From Entomortierella parvispora E1425 (taxonomy: Eukaryota > Fungi > Mortierellomycota), in contig BQFW01000002.1 of NCBI GenBank assembly GCA_020891255.1, forward strand, positions 3,844,001 through 3,908,000: 64,000 nucleotides of DNA, in the 5' to 3' direction. Position numbers and translations under genes: made by a program. This document shows positions 1 through 11,220 of this stretch, one piece after another (within the stretch, counting starts at the first letter, position 1; each line of letters opens with the position of its first letter). The notes under the pieces are model-generated. The model saw only the letters and a list, made by a program, of their open reading frames with translations, was not told where the DNA came from and made no database searches.

Positions 1-1029
1 AAAGATTGATCAACCTCAAAAGAACAAAAGAGGCTACGGTGCGTCCCTGGGAGAGGATGGCGAAAAAGAAGGTGTGGCTCAAACCAGTAGTGGCGCTGAA
101 GCCTCCACCACGGCCAGTCTCATCGATGGCCTCACTGGAAACCCTTCCAGCAAGCGGCACAAGTCTGAATCTGTCTTTGGCACTGCCAGCACAGCCTCTG
201 TGGCAGGCGGAGTGGGAAGGGCCTCTGCTTTTGGAGGATCGGGTCAGACTGGCTTGGGCCGTGGCGATATGGCGGCCAGTGGTATGATCCAGTTTGAGAT
301 GAATGCCGTTCGCGAGATCAGAACTTCGGATCCAGTCAAGGACTTTCAGGACATGGTGCGAATTGCCACCATTCAAAGTCAGCAAGGTGTCCGACCTGCT
401 GGTGCCGGCTTTATTACAGTGTCGATGGCAGTGGAGCAGATGCAGGCCATGATTACCAAGCTGTTCTCGACTTCGTTTGGTGACCAGTTGTATGAGAAGG
501 CGATCGAATGTCTAAAGAGCTTGCGACAGTTCCTGGCCGATGCTGATATGGCAGACATGGTCCATGGTGGAACTGGATTCGAGGGCAAGGGTAAAACCGC
601 CACAAACATGCCAGAAAAGACGCGGGAAACAATCCAGAGCCGAGTTGAAACCTGGAATACGTTTATCAAGGAGGTCAAGGCTACGGCTCTGAACACTGCG
701 ACTTCACCGCCACGAGCGGACTTTTGGGAGCTGATCAACAAGAGCAGGAAGGAGCTTGGTCTTTTGACCATCAAGGATGTCCCAGCTGGATGTGGTGGTG
801 CTTCTGAAGACGAAGCTGAAAAGGTATATAGTGCTTACTTGCCTTTTTTTTTTTTTTTTTTTTTTTTGTTTGTTTCATTCTTGGCAGACATGTTCAGATC
901 ACTTATTTCGTTTTGCTTGCACCTGATTCTTTATAGCTCTGGGCCGAAACTTCAGATACAGACATGCCTCTCCATGTGGAAGATGCCGAAGCACCCGAAG
1001 AGGACGATCTTCTTGCTCTCATGGATTAA
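1..1029 (+). CDS. KU80: Ku80 (XRCC5) 3' end, C-terminal Ku_PK_bind domain; partial, 5' end lies outside the window
   Basis: Frame is open from base 2. Motifs fit the Ku80 C-terminal helical domain: TSDPVKDF, AVEQMQAMITKLFSTSFGDQLYEKAIECLKSLR, WNTFIKEVK, DFWELI..LGLLT, EDEAEK. A GT..AG intron at 824-936 joins a 93-nt last exon encoding LWAETSDTDMPLHVEDAEAPEEDDLLALMD*. Confidence 0.85.
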
Positions 1030-1394
1030 GGCAACTGATCAGCCACGATATCTCTTGCGTTTTTGGCATATCAAAGCATGAAAACAAATATTACCCCAAG
1101 AACCCACCAAGAATCGAACCATTTAGGAATAAAAAAAAGACGATGTTTTATAGTATTTGATGAGGGGAAAAGGTTGGAGGAGGGATATCTGTTGGATGGT
1201 TCCTGTCAAAACTCGTAATCATGTTGACGGCGAGAAATGGAGGGGTGGTACGGCGCCCATCGTCAATGCGAGAGAAGAAAGCTTTACGAGTGACGAGGTG
1301 ATATTATGGAGAGGAAAGTTGAGAGAGGTGTGGGCAAAAAGGTAGTTCTCGCAAGTCAAACCAAGGGTGTCGTTTGTCTCGACTAGAAAGACAT

Positions 1395-3055
1395 CTAGCA
1401 GCATCCTCCTGCAGACTGGGCAGGCAACTGCTGTCCAGATCCGACCTTGATGTTCTTGCTGGCGCCAGCGGGGTTTACGGTGGCGGCGCCCATGCGGTCC
1501 TTGATCTGCTTGGCCATGGTCATGAAAGCCTGCTCAACGTTGGTGGCGCTCTTGGCCGAAGTCTCCAAGAATGGGATCGTCAATTGATCAGCGAATTCCT
1601 ATAGCAAAAAAAAACGATGGACGATGATGATTTTAGCCATGGTTGCCCTGTTTTCGAGAGAAAGGTAACGAAAATCGCACCACTGTCCATTGAACTCGCT
1701 TTACCTTGGCGACAGTGTACTCGACAACCTTCTTGTTGGTCAAATCACTCTTGTTACCGACCAACAACTTGTTGACACCCTCCGAGGCATAGCGATCAAT
1801 CTCGGCAAGCCACTGCTTGACGTTCGAGAAGGTATCCTGGTCCGTGACATCGTAGACGACAATAATGCCGTGAGCACCACGGTAGTAGGACGAGGTGATG
1901 GTACGGAAACGCTCCTGTCCTGCAGTGTCCCACTGTCATCAACATTAAAAAAAACAGGATCAGTCAAGATCCCTTGCATATCATTATACCCTCGATCGGA
2001 TGATAAAGCGCATGACGAAACATGTTTTTTCTAGAAATAAAGAATCCACTTACAATCTGGAGCTTCACAGTCTTGCCCTCGAGCTCAATGGTGCGGATTT
2101 TCTAATCAGGGCAGCAAAGAAAGAAAAAAAAAAAAAAGAGAAAGTCAGTCCTGGAGGTCTCTTTGAGGGGAGTGGAGAGAAAGAAAAAGTCTTTGTCCTG
2201 CATCTCCATCCAGAGTGGCACAGCTCTGGACGATCCTCGCGCTCTGGAAAAAGTGTCGGGATAGAGACAGGGGGGCGGGATCCAGCACTTACAAAGTCAA
2301 CGCCGATGGTGGAGATATAACTCTCAGTGTAGGTGTCGTCAGCAAATCTCAGAAGCAAACAACTCTTGCCGACACCACTGTCGCCAATGAGAAGGAGCTT
2401 GAAGAGGTAATCACTAAAAGGGGCAAAGAGAACGAACAGGCAATGCCTATGGTCAGACCATTGTTACAAAAAAAAACATACACACAGCCATGAGGCGTCA
2501 TTGGTCGGCGGAGGAAACGAGGCCCATCCATCACACAGCCGACGGGTCAATTTCTCTCTCCGATCCATGGGTTTGCAGCACCATTCCTCTTCCTGCCGAC
2601 AATCTCCTCGGCAGGCAGGCAGGGCAAGTGTGGTCTCTGTTCATGTGGTCTGATATCACATCCCTGTCCATCCTGTGACCAGCATCTCTTTTTTTTTTCT
2701 TATTTTGGCTTGGCGCGTGGGCAGGGCAATGACGCTTGGGTCTCTGGTTCTGGCTCTCGCTGCGGGAGTATTTCCTGGACCCATAACTCTCTGTGCTCGT
2801 TCTCGGGACCACTGCCTCCACAGTGCGATACAGAGAGACAAGACGACAAGAAGAAAGGGGACCCATCCAACAGAGCAAAAAAAAAAAAAAAAAAAAAAGT
2901 GGTGATGGGTCACTGCAGGAGAGCAGAGCATATGACGCGAGCTGGGACCAAGTGGCAGCACGCAGGAGGGGGGAGAGAGAGAGAGAGAGAGAGTGGTGGG
3001 TGGATGAAGGGGGTGAGGATGCAGCAGAGGAGGGCACTTACTATTCTGGGTTCAT
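1395..3055 (-). CDS. YPT1: Rab1/Ypt1 small GTPase, 204 aa, 5 exons (3055-3042, 2413-2293, 2101-2054, 1932-1705, 1598-1395)
   Basis: Spliced product reads [68 protein letters not shown]...FLETSAK...GGCC. All introns are GT-AG and the C-terminal CC prenylation motif is present. Confidence 0.98.
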
Positions 3056-3366
3056 GATGGATGGATGATGATGATGAAGGGGGGATGGGGGATGAAGAAG
3101 AAGAAGGGGGGGATGATGGATGCAAAGGGAAGAGAAGAAAAGAGAAAAGGGGACATGGCTCTCTCTCTCTTTGTGTCTGTCTGTCTGTCTGTCTGCGGGA
3201 AGGGAGAGAGAGGAGAGAGAGGAGAGGAAAGGAGGGACAGAGCAATGGGCGCGGGTATCCGGTCAGTCACGTGCAATCCGTTGCCGCCAACTTGCGTTGT
3301 AATGACAAAAGACTGATCATTCTTCCTTCCCCTTCCTTACCTCACCCCCATCCCCAGTCTTCAACA

Positions 3367-4285
3367 ATGTCTGCCCTCAGGAACGTCTTTGCCCGCACCG
3401 TGCGCACCTCTTTGGCCAGGAATGCCGTCTCTGTCCGCCCAGTCGCTGCATTGGCTGCCCGTGCCAACTTCATGGTCGCCCACATGGATCGCAGGACCTT
3501 TGCCACCCATTTGCCCAATGACTTTACTCACCCGGACGCTTCTTTGGTCAGAGCTCAGCAGCTTGTTGACGAAGGTGCCTCATTCCACAGCAACGGCATG
3601 GTCCCCATGGCCATGAGCTCGTTCCAAAAGAGCATCAACGAGAGACCCACAGGTATGGACTCGCTGCACAACAGCTTCCCGATCAAAAGCTCGGGATATC
3701 CAAACTCAAGGAGGACCCGATCGACTGGCTCTTTCAAGCGACATGTAGCTGATAACTCTTTTTTTCTTTCTTTTCATACCCTCCCTTTCCATGATCAGCT
3801 TCTGCTCATTACAACATGGGTGTCTGCTACTTTGAAATGAAGGACTACCAGTCTGCGATCCATTCCTTTGAGGAGTCTTTGAAGTTGGAGGACAGCCCCG
3901 ATGTCCATGTCAACTTGGCCGTCGCCCACATTCAGTTCAACGGAAACAAAAACGACGCCCTCAAGCATTTCAGAGCTGCCGCTAACCTTGCACCTGAGGA
4001 TGTTGAGATCCAGGTACGAATCCCTTCCATTTGTTTTTCGGATCAAGAGGATTGACTGTGCGAAAACAACACTGACTCCTTTTTATTTGTTGGAAAAAAA
4101 AAAAACAATAGTTCAACTTGGCTGCTGCCAGTGAGGCCGTGGGCGATTTCGACACTGCCATCACCGCCTATGCCGCTGCGGAATCTTTGGGCATGGAGAA
4201 GGCTGGCCTTCATCTCCGCAACGTCAAGACCAAGAAGTTTGCTCAGCTCATGAAGGAGGCTGAGGTCCGGGAAACGAAGCAGTAG
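3367..4285 (+). CDS. TPR-repeat protein with probable mitochondrial presequence, 3 exons
   Basis: N-terminus is Arg/Ala/Ser-rich and lacks acidic residues (MSALRNVFARTVRTSLARNAVSVRP). TPR-like helices follow (AHYNMGVCYFEMKDYQSAIHSFEESLKL; VHVNLAVAHIQ; FNLAAASEAVGDFDTAITAY). Introns start near 3653 and 4014; stop TAG at 4283-4285. Confidence 0.8.
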
Positions 4286-4388
4286 ACCATAGACATTAGA
4301 CAGCAACCCGATATCAAGTCATAAAATTTGTATAGTAACTAACCTATATCGACTTTTTTTCTTTTTTTTTTATTGAAGTATGTGTGGT

Positions 4389-4425
4389 CGTGCGTGTGTG
4401 TGTGCGCGCGTGTGTGTGTGTGTAT
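4389..4425. repeat. 37-bp alternating purine-pyrimidine (GT/GC) microsatellite
   Basis: cgtgcgtgtgtgtgtgcgcgcgtgtgtgtgtgtgtat, lying between two convergent 3' ends. Confidence 0.9.
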
Positions 4426-4476
4426 TGTTGCTATAGCTTTTTGATATAGAGATATTGCCCTGCCAGAGGTCATTAC

Positions 4477-6682
4477 TTAAAAGTCGTTTTCATCTTCAAC
4501 TGTTGGACCGGATAGATCCTCTTGAATGTGGATGCTAACACGGCCACGGAAGAGGCGACCCCAGACTTGACTGAGGGAAGCAATCACTCTTGGTGCCAAA
4601 TCCTCCTCCTCCTCCGTAGAGAACTGGGGTCGGGAAAGACGACGCGGTGCCTCTCCCTTATGAATGGGATGGCGGAGAGAATGTTTGCCAGACCATTGTG
4701 GCCGATCTTCATCCTCTACCAAAGGCTTTTCAAGCCTGAATCCACCCAGTGGTCCCACTCGCACCATTACCTCCTCCTCCTTCTCCTCCTCCTTCTCTTC
4801 TTCTTGATCCTCCATTGCTTTCCGGTTGGCATGATGACGTCTAGCAGCCTCTAGACCGTACCCATCCAAGGTCTTGGCCCCTGTGCTGTCGGGATCGAGA
4901 TAGGTCGCCAGGCGGTTCTTGATCTTGGGCGGGGTCTGGAAGGAAGCATGAATGCCTCCATAAACATCGTATCCGTTAGGGTTCCAACAACTCGCAGAAC
5001 CCCCATGCAACTGACCTACGATTCTCTTGTCAGCGTCAAAGAGAGGAGAGCCACTTGAACCGGGCTCGGTCGTTCCTTCGGTCCATCGAGGAATCTGCCA
5101 GTGAAAGTACTCCTCGGGGCCACATTCTGACCAGCAGGCCTTGGGGAGCGTTCCATTCGTGTAGAATGAAATCTTCTTGGAGTCGCCAGAAGGATGATGG
5201 ATACCCACGATAGGGTCCAACACTGTCCGTGACGAGTCTTCTTCGGTGGGCACTTGTCGAAGACGGCTGGAAGGAGCTTGTGGGATGGCTGACCAGCCGG
5301 AAAGATAGAGGTTGTATCCATCTGGGATCGGCTCTAGGATCTCGTACAGAGTGTAATCACTTGGGGCGTAGTTGCCGAGCTTGAGAAGTCCCTGAGCGGT
5401 ATCGTGCTCGTTGACCTCCTCACCCCTTGATCCGCACAGGATCTTTTCGTGGTTGAACATGACCAGATGTTCACTGGTATCTGAGAAACCAGTGCAGTGA
5501 TTAGCCTAGTGTGTGCATGTGCAGTTGCGGTCAGTTTGAGGTTAGACGAGAAACAAAAAAAAAAAAAAAAAAAAAGAGTGAGGATTGCATTCAAGAAGAG
5601 ATGTCTAGAACCGAACTTACGGTCAAGAAAAGTTGACGACCATCTTGGCGTGCATTGTTGATCAAGGCGCCTGTGCAGTACTTTTGGTTGAATTCAGAAA
5701 GAATAACACCCACACTTCGGCTCTGGTCGTGGAAATTGTGGAGATGGCAGGCCACATCCACATTGCATTTGCCAGACATGGCGCGTGGAGGGGAGGGCAC
5801 AGGTTCGAATCCACCCTCCTCGCCCTCTTCGGACTGGAAGGAAAGGCCCTGTCGACGCGGTCCACGTGAATGTTTCCTTGGCAGGATCGATCCATCTCGG
5901 GTTCGGAACCCTTGGTTCATGGAATCAGAGGATGCAGCCAGGAGCATCGGCTTATACCCGTGAATGACATGACTCAATTGGATCAGGGGTCGCTGTCCCT
6001 CCTCCAGGATCTTTCTGGGCGTGAAGAATTCCAACAAGAGCCGATCGCCGGCCACAGGGGCCGTCGCAAAGATCTTATCGGCCTTGTTGTTGATCTCGGC
6101 CGTGAAGGCACCGAGGGTGTGTCTCTGGCCCGAGACAAAGAACTCTGTGCCCGAGGGCAGCTGAAACTCTGAAAAGATCAGGTTGAGGGACAGCGCCGAG
6201 GGCGAGTGGATCTCGAGTTGCCAGACAAGCACGTCGTCCTCCCCTCCCTCGGCTTGATCGTACACGGGTCTGGACCGTGCTTGGAGGCGTTGGAGGTCCT
6301 TGAGGGGGATCCATCGACCACTGCTCAGCGTGTCGGTGGTCGTGAAGGAGTCCAAGGTGATGGCCTTGCCGAACCGGTAGGATCCGTCCTGCGAATCCTC
6401 TTCTTGGTTCAAGAGTCCCACATTGTCCATGGCGGGAAGTTTCAAAACGGGAACGGCACCGCTCTCGCGTCTCTGTGTTCGAGACCTAGGGTGATACAAC
6501 GGGTGGCGATCAAGGGTCTTGTCGACCCAAACGTCTTTGTTGACAGTCAAGGAACCTGCATAGTTGGCTTGGAATCGACCGGGCACCGAGACTTGGGCGT
6601 TGACGGAGCCATGCTGGGTCTTGGAGGAGAGTAGCAACAGCGAGAGTGCTGATGACAAAAGAACGGCGGCAGACAGATGCAT
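4477..6682 (-). CDS. Secreted trypsin-fold serine protease of the lysyl endopeptidase (Achromobacter protease I / Lys-C) type, about 696 aa, 2 exons (6682-5621, 5505-4477)
   Basis: Signal peptide MHLSAAVLLSSALSLLLL. Prodomain WQLEIHSPSALSLNLIFSEFQLP..LGAFT. Mature-domain motifs are SGKCNVDVAC, CTGALINN..FLT|ANHC (His), SDYTL (Asp), IHHPSGDSKKIS, GTTEPGSSGSPL (Ser), GQLHGG and YDVYG. Intron 5620-5506 is GTAAGT..CTAG. Confidence 0.92.
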
Positions 6683-7211
6683 CGGAGTACTTGTTTGTTT
6701 GTTTGTTTGTTTTATACGAAGTGATGATGATAGTATCTTTTTTTTTTTTCGTTAAACGTCGTTGGACTTCTTGCTCTAGGCTTTGAACAACGAGGGGGTT
6801 TGGTTCGGAAGAAGAAGGAGAGTGAGGGGAGAGAAGAGAGAGAGAGAGAGAGAAGGGTGGTTGTGAAAGAAAGATGAAAGGAATTTTCGTATCCACGAGT
6901 TCCTTATCATATATATTTTTTTTTTTGACCAGCCTCTTTTGTTTCCCTTGCTCAAACATGAGGGCTGTCCCTTATTCTCAAAGTCCCCTTCCCCCCAGCC
7001 ATGGCCCTCGTGCTTGGCTATCCATTTCATTCTTGAAAAAGTCATTTCATGACCCTGCCGTCCCTGCAGTGTCACCACGGACGATAGGTCTCAAAAAGAA
7101 GGACACTTGATCTCTGTCGCTGTTTGTTCCCCTAAACAGGGCATCATCCACAAATCAGATCTCTTTGGTTCAATAGATCCAAAAAGAGAAGCGAGCAAAA
7201 AGAACGAGAGA

Positions 7212-7248
<37 letters not shown>

Positions 7249-7717
7249 GTGAAGGGAAAGAAGAGGGAAAAAGGAAGGACGGACGGAAGGAGGGGAATGA
7301 TCCAAGGGGACAGGGAATGAAAAGGTTCGATTGTTAAGGTTTTTTGTACGCCCACACAGGACGCGATGTGCAGCTGCACAACGATCATCTGGTGCATACT
7401 GCAGGTTGCGCAAAAGGCACAAGACGTGCAGGGGTTGACAGGCATTCGTGCCTTGTCCTCTCGCTCCTCTGTGCCTCATCCTTTGTCCTCTTCTCTGCCT
7501 CCCTTTTTTTTTTTCCCTTGTTTTATGTTTTGGAGGCTGGGCAACTCGGCGACGACGGGTGGTGATGCTTCTCTTACCTACCCCCCATCCGTCCCTGCCT
7601 TGCCCCCCTGCTAGCTGCTACTGGGCGCTACGATGGCGCGCGTTTTCGGTTTGGCTAGGGTAGTGTGATGATAGGGACAAAAGGTTCGTTTGTCACCCTG
7701 TCTCATCTACCCTCCTC

Positions 7718-7773
7718 CACCCCCATCTTCACCCCCATCTTCACCCCCATCTTCACCCCCATCTTCACCCCCC
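7718..7773. repeat. 12-bp tandem repeat (CACCCCCATCTT) x ~4.6
   Basis: Four perfect units at 7718-7765 plus a partial fifth. Confidence 0.95.
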
Positions 7774-8103
7774 TTGGACCTTTAGAATGTTTGGTCGGGT
7801 TCCCTTTTTTTTTTTTTATTTGGTCAAGTCTATGAACAAACACACGCGCGTGGGCACATGTGAGTGGGGATGAACAAATAGCGTTTGGACAGAGTCATTG
7901 AATGCAAATGCTGAAAAAGAAAAAGGTGATAATCGGAGAGGTCGGGTGAGGTGGGGTATATGAAAAAAGAATGATGAGTGTGGATGCGCAAGTGGGCACA
8001 AGGCTACACACGATAAAAAAAACGTGGGGATGTGTGGAAAGCACGCAAAAAATGCCATGAACAAAAGAAAGAAAAAAAAAAAAAAAAGGCCCAAAAAACA
8101 AAA

Positions 8104-11100
8104 CTAAAAGGTCATCTGTGCAGATCGGGCCTTGCCCATGGGGTAGACGACCAGCGCCGAAGCAAAGAGTCCAACACTGATAGCAATGGCTGTAATGACC
8201 ATCTGGAGCGCAAAATTGACTCCGCCTGCCATATCGTTCGTGAACCAGGCCATGGCACCCTTCAAACCCATGCTTCCGGGCACGAGGAAGAAGATGGCGC
8301 AGACCACGGCTTGGAAAGTCAACTGGTGGGTGACTCGTTGGTAGACATTGCCGCTGAAACCGATGGAAAAGGAGGCCATGGCCGAAGACACATCTGTGCC
8401 AGCTGAAGTGTAGGTTGAGATGGAGTAACTGACTGCGTAGCCCATGGTCGAGAGGAAGACGGCCAGGGGGAATTGACGGGGGTGGGCCTTGAGCCAGATC
8501 AAAAGTGTGCACGCAAACACAGGCACGAACAAGATGTTCCACTTGGGGTCCAAGGATGTGGGGCAGGCACTGGTAACCTCACCAGCGTCCCCTTCGTCGC
8601 TTGTGGGGTCAATCATGAGCCAAATGGATGCACCAATCGTCAGTCCATAACCGAGCAAGAGCGAGAAGATGATGGCGTAAAACAATCGGACCGATCCCGA
8701 GATCATGTGGCGAGAACTCAATTCAAGAATCGAGCACGTAATGGTATATCCCGGAAGAAGGATGACAATGCCGGCCATCTTGACTGCACTCATACACAAC
8801 TTGTCCTTAAGCGCCGCGTGAAGTGCCTCGGCTACAAACGCCACGAAAACAGACATAGTGACCTCTACAATATGAGCGTAACTGGGCACCTTTTCCGAAA
8901 GCCAGTTCATCAGTCCGACAGTGGCTCCGATAGCAAAGGAGACTCCTGCATCCACCCAACTGCCTTTGAAGAACATGGGTGCAGTACAGAAAGAGGCGAG
9001 GGCGTAACTGAGAATGTTGGCCCAGCGAGGCCAGAGATCCTTTTCAGTGTTGATGGCGTCCAGCTTCATGATGGCCTCTTCGACAGGCATGGACGCATGG
9101 GTGACCATCTTCAAGACCTGGTGCACCTGCGCAAACTTGTACATGTCCAATCCAGCAGGGCACTTGAGCAAGTGTGTTTCGGAAGTATGGGTTTCGTAAT
9201 CCGTAAAGGCCACAATCATGACGTTAGGCAAATAAACACACTGCAGGTTCAATTCCAGAGTCCTCGCTGTATGGTCCACTGCGTCCTCAAGTCGATGCGA
9301 GGGTGCACCATACTTGATCATGGCACGGGCCAATCGAAGCACATAGTCCTGTCGCTGCAAAATGTCTGCCACCGCAAAGGTGATTCGCATCTTTTCCTCT
9401 GCGGACAAGCTCCCAAGTAAAGATCCGTTCGAGAGCGTGTTGTCACAAGAGAAGGATCCTCGTGGCGATCCGTTCGGGGACTGAATAGGCGAGTTGCCGG
9501 GTGGGAACGAAGCAGCAAAGGTGCCACCTTCAAACTGGAACGAGTGACGGTGACCACTTCCATTGCGGTGAGTCGCTACGTTGGCCGAAAGAGTGGCCAT
9601 CCCGGTGGTGGATCCATGGATAGATCCCTGGGTCATGGTTTTGGGCAGGGGAGGGTAGGTGCCAAAGACCGACTTTGAGACCAAATCGGTCGCAGACGTG
9701 TTGGCCGATTTACTGTAAAGGGCTGGTCGCTTCTTCTTTTCCTTGTGCATTTTTGATGTCGGCAGTGAGTTTTGTTGCACGGCCTAGAGTAAATGATCCA
9801 TAGAATAGTACATCGAGGTCAGTCTAACCAGATCCTTGTCCCATGGGATGGGTCCCGATCAATTAAAACATGGCGTAAAAAAAGATGATAATAAAAAAGA
9901 GTTTCAAGAAGGTTCTTCTGCCTGTTTCGGGTCCCAGGGCATCCAAAGATCCCTGTCCTCTTTTTCTTTTCCCCTGTCTTTCCAAGGCTGTACGTCACTT
10001 ACGCGCACTTTGTGATGTCGATTGTTGCCCTGCAGCTTTAGCAGGTTACTGAGCACACCGCCCTTGGAAGGGAGCACAGGAGCACGGACGACGGGTCCTG
10101 AAGGCCCCATCTGATAGATCTGATCAGGGACTGCGGTCCTGTCGGTTGCCTCCTTGTGAAAGAGCCGTGTGATCCTGTTGTGGCCCTTCTTCTTGTCCTT
10201 GAGCTTCTTTTCCTTCTCGGACACGTCCAAACCGCCCAAGGTGACATCGGATCCAATCACTCCATGAGTCATGGACGACTCCACCGCTTCAGGGTCAAGT
10301 CTGTGCGCCAGGACCCTGGGGGTGACCGAAATCCCGCCAGTGTGGGCTGCAGAGGCCTTTTCGGAGGCCGCCGACGTTGAGTTTCCCCTCCTGTGGTTTG
10401 CTCCCTTGCTGTCCTCAGAAGAGCCCTTCATCATGATTGGACCGTCTGCATCGTCCTCGTCCTCGTCGCCCTCCTGTATAACGCTGCCCCGTCTTGAGCC
10501 CTCTTCCCGCAACTCTTTTTCGATCAGGTTGGAGAGAGCCTTCTGCAGGGTCATGACATGCTCTTCTGTTGCATTGGATCCTCCCGGGGTCGTCACTGTG
10601 ATCTCGGGTTCGTCGATTGTCAATTGATCCGCAGAGTAAGAACGTCTGGGCATGGTGACGGAGGGCACCGTTGTGTTACTGTTGGAGGGAACTGTAATCG
10701 AGATACTGGGACGTTGAGGCTGCTGTTGCTGCAGTGCAAGGTTGGTACTTGAGCCATGTGGGGATCCATGGGCCGATCCAGGATAGAGGTGATGACCCTG
10801 AGATCGGTGCATAGCGGCGTTCAAATAATAGTTGCGGAGGCCGTTGGGAGGGGTCCCTGGTGGAGAGTTGGAAGCGCTATGACTTCCAAGGCGAGAGGCC
10901 CCGTAGTTGCTCATAGAGTTCCCGCCATGATTCTGGTAGATACTGCCGTTGTTCGAATATGTACCACTCATACGACTTGGAACTGGAGGATTGTACCGAG
11001 AGTTGGTAGTCGGCTTTGGAGAGGGCGTGGGCTTTGGGGTGGGCGCAGTAAACGAAGCAGAAGACGACCGTTGATGACTGCCATTGGTATTATCGGAGGG

Positions 11101-11220
11101 AGGGGTAACGGTAGGCCTGGATGTAGGGAGGCCCAGAGAAGAGGAAGAAGCCCTAGAGGAAGGCTGTGGCCGAGGGGGTGTGCCGGTGGGAGTGTTGTTT
11201 GAAGTGTTTTTCTCGCTCAT
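8104..11220 (-). CDS. PRM10: Prm10-like / ThrE-family (DUF1212+DUF3815) multi-pass membrane protein, about 965 aa, 2 exons (11220-10003, 9783-8104)
   Basis: Long low-complexity N-terminus with GGVLSNLLKL. Core reads RITFAVADILQRQDYVLRLARAMIKYGAPSHRLE..LYLPNVMIVAF..VILLPGYTITCSILELSSRHMISGSVRLFYA..FFLVPGSMG, followed by about 10 TM helices. Intron 10002-9784 is in frame. Confidence 0.9.

Noticed and set aside
2414-3041. Possible intronic snoRNA in the long YPT1 intron
   Set aside because: No convincing paired C (RTGATGA) and D (CTGA) boxes with a terminal stem by eye; an Infernal scan would be needed.
3061-3366. In-frame acidic N-terminal extension (MDDDDEGG...) of the TPR gene
   Set aside because: It is the purine-rich antisense of the YPT1 leader and would bury the presequence; ATG 3367 is the better start.
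5800-5815. GGTTCGAATCC, a perfect tRNA T-loop / B-box
   Set aside because: The flanks do not form a T-stem or cloverleaf; it is the antisense of the protease codons for GFEP.
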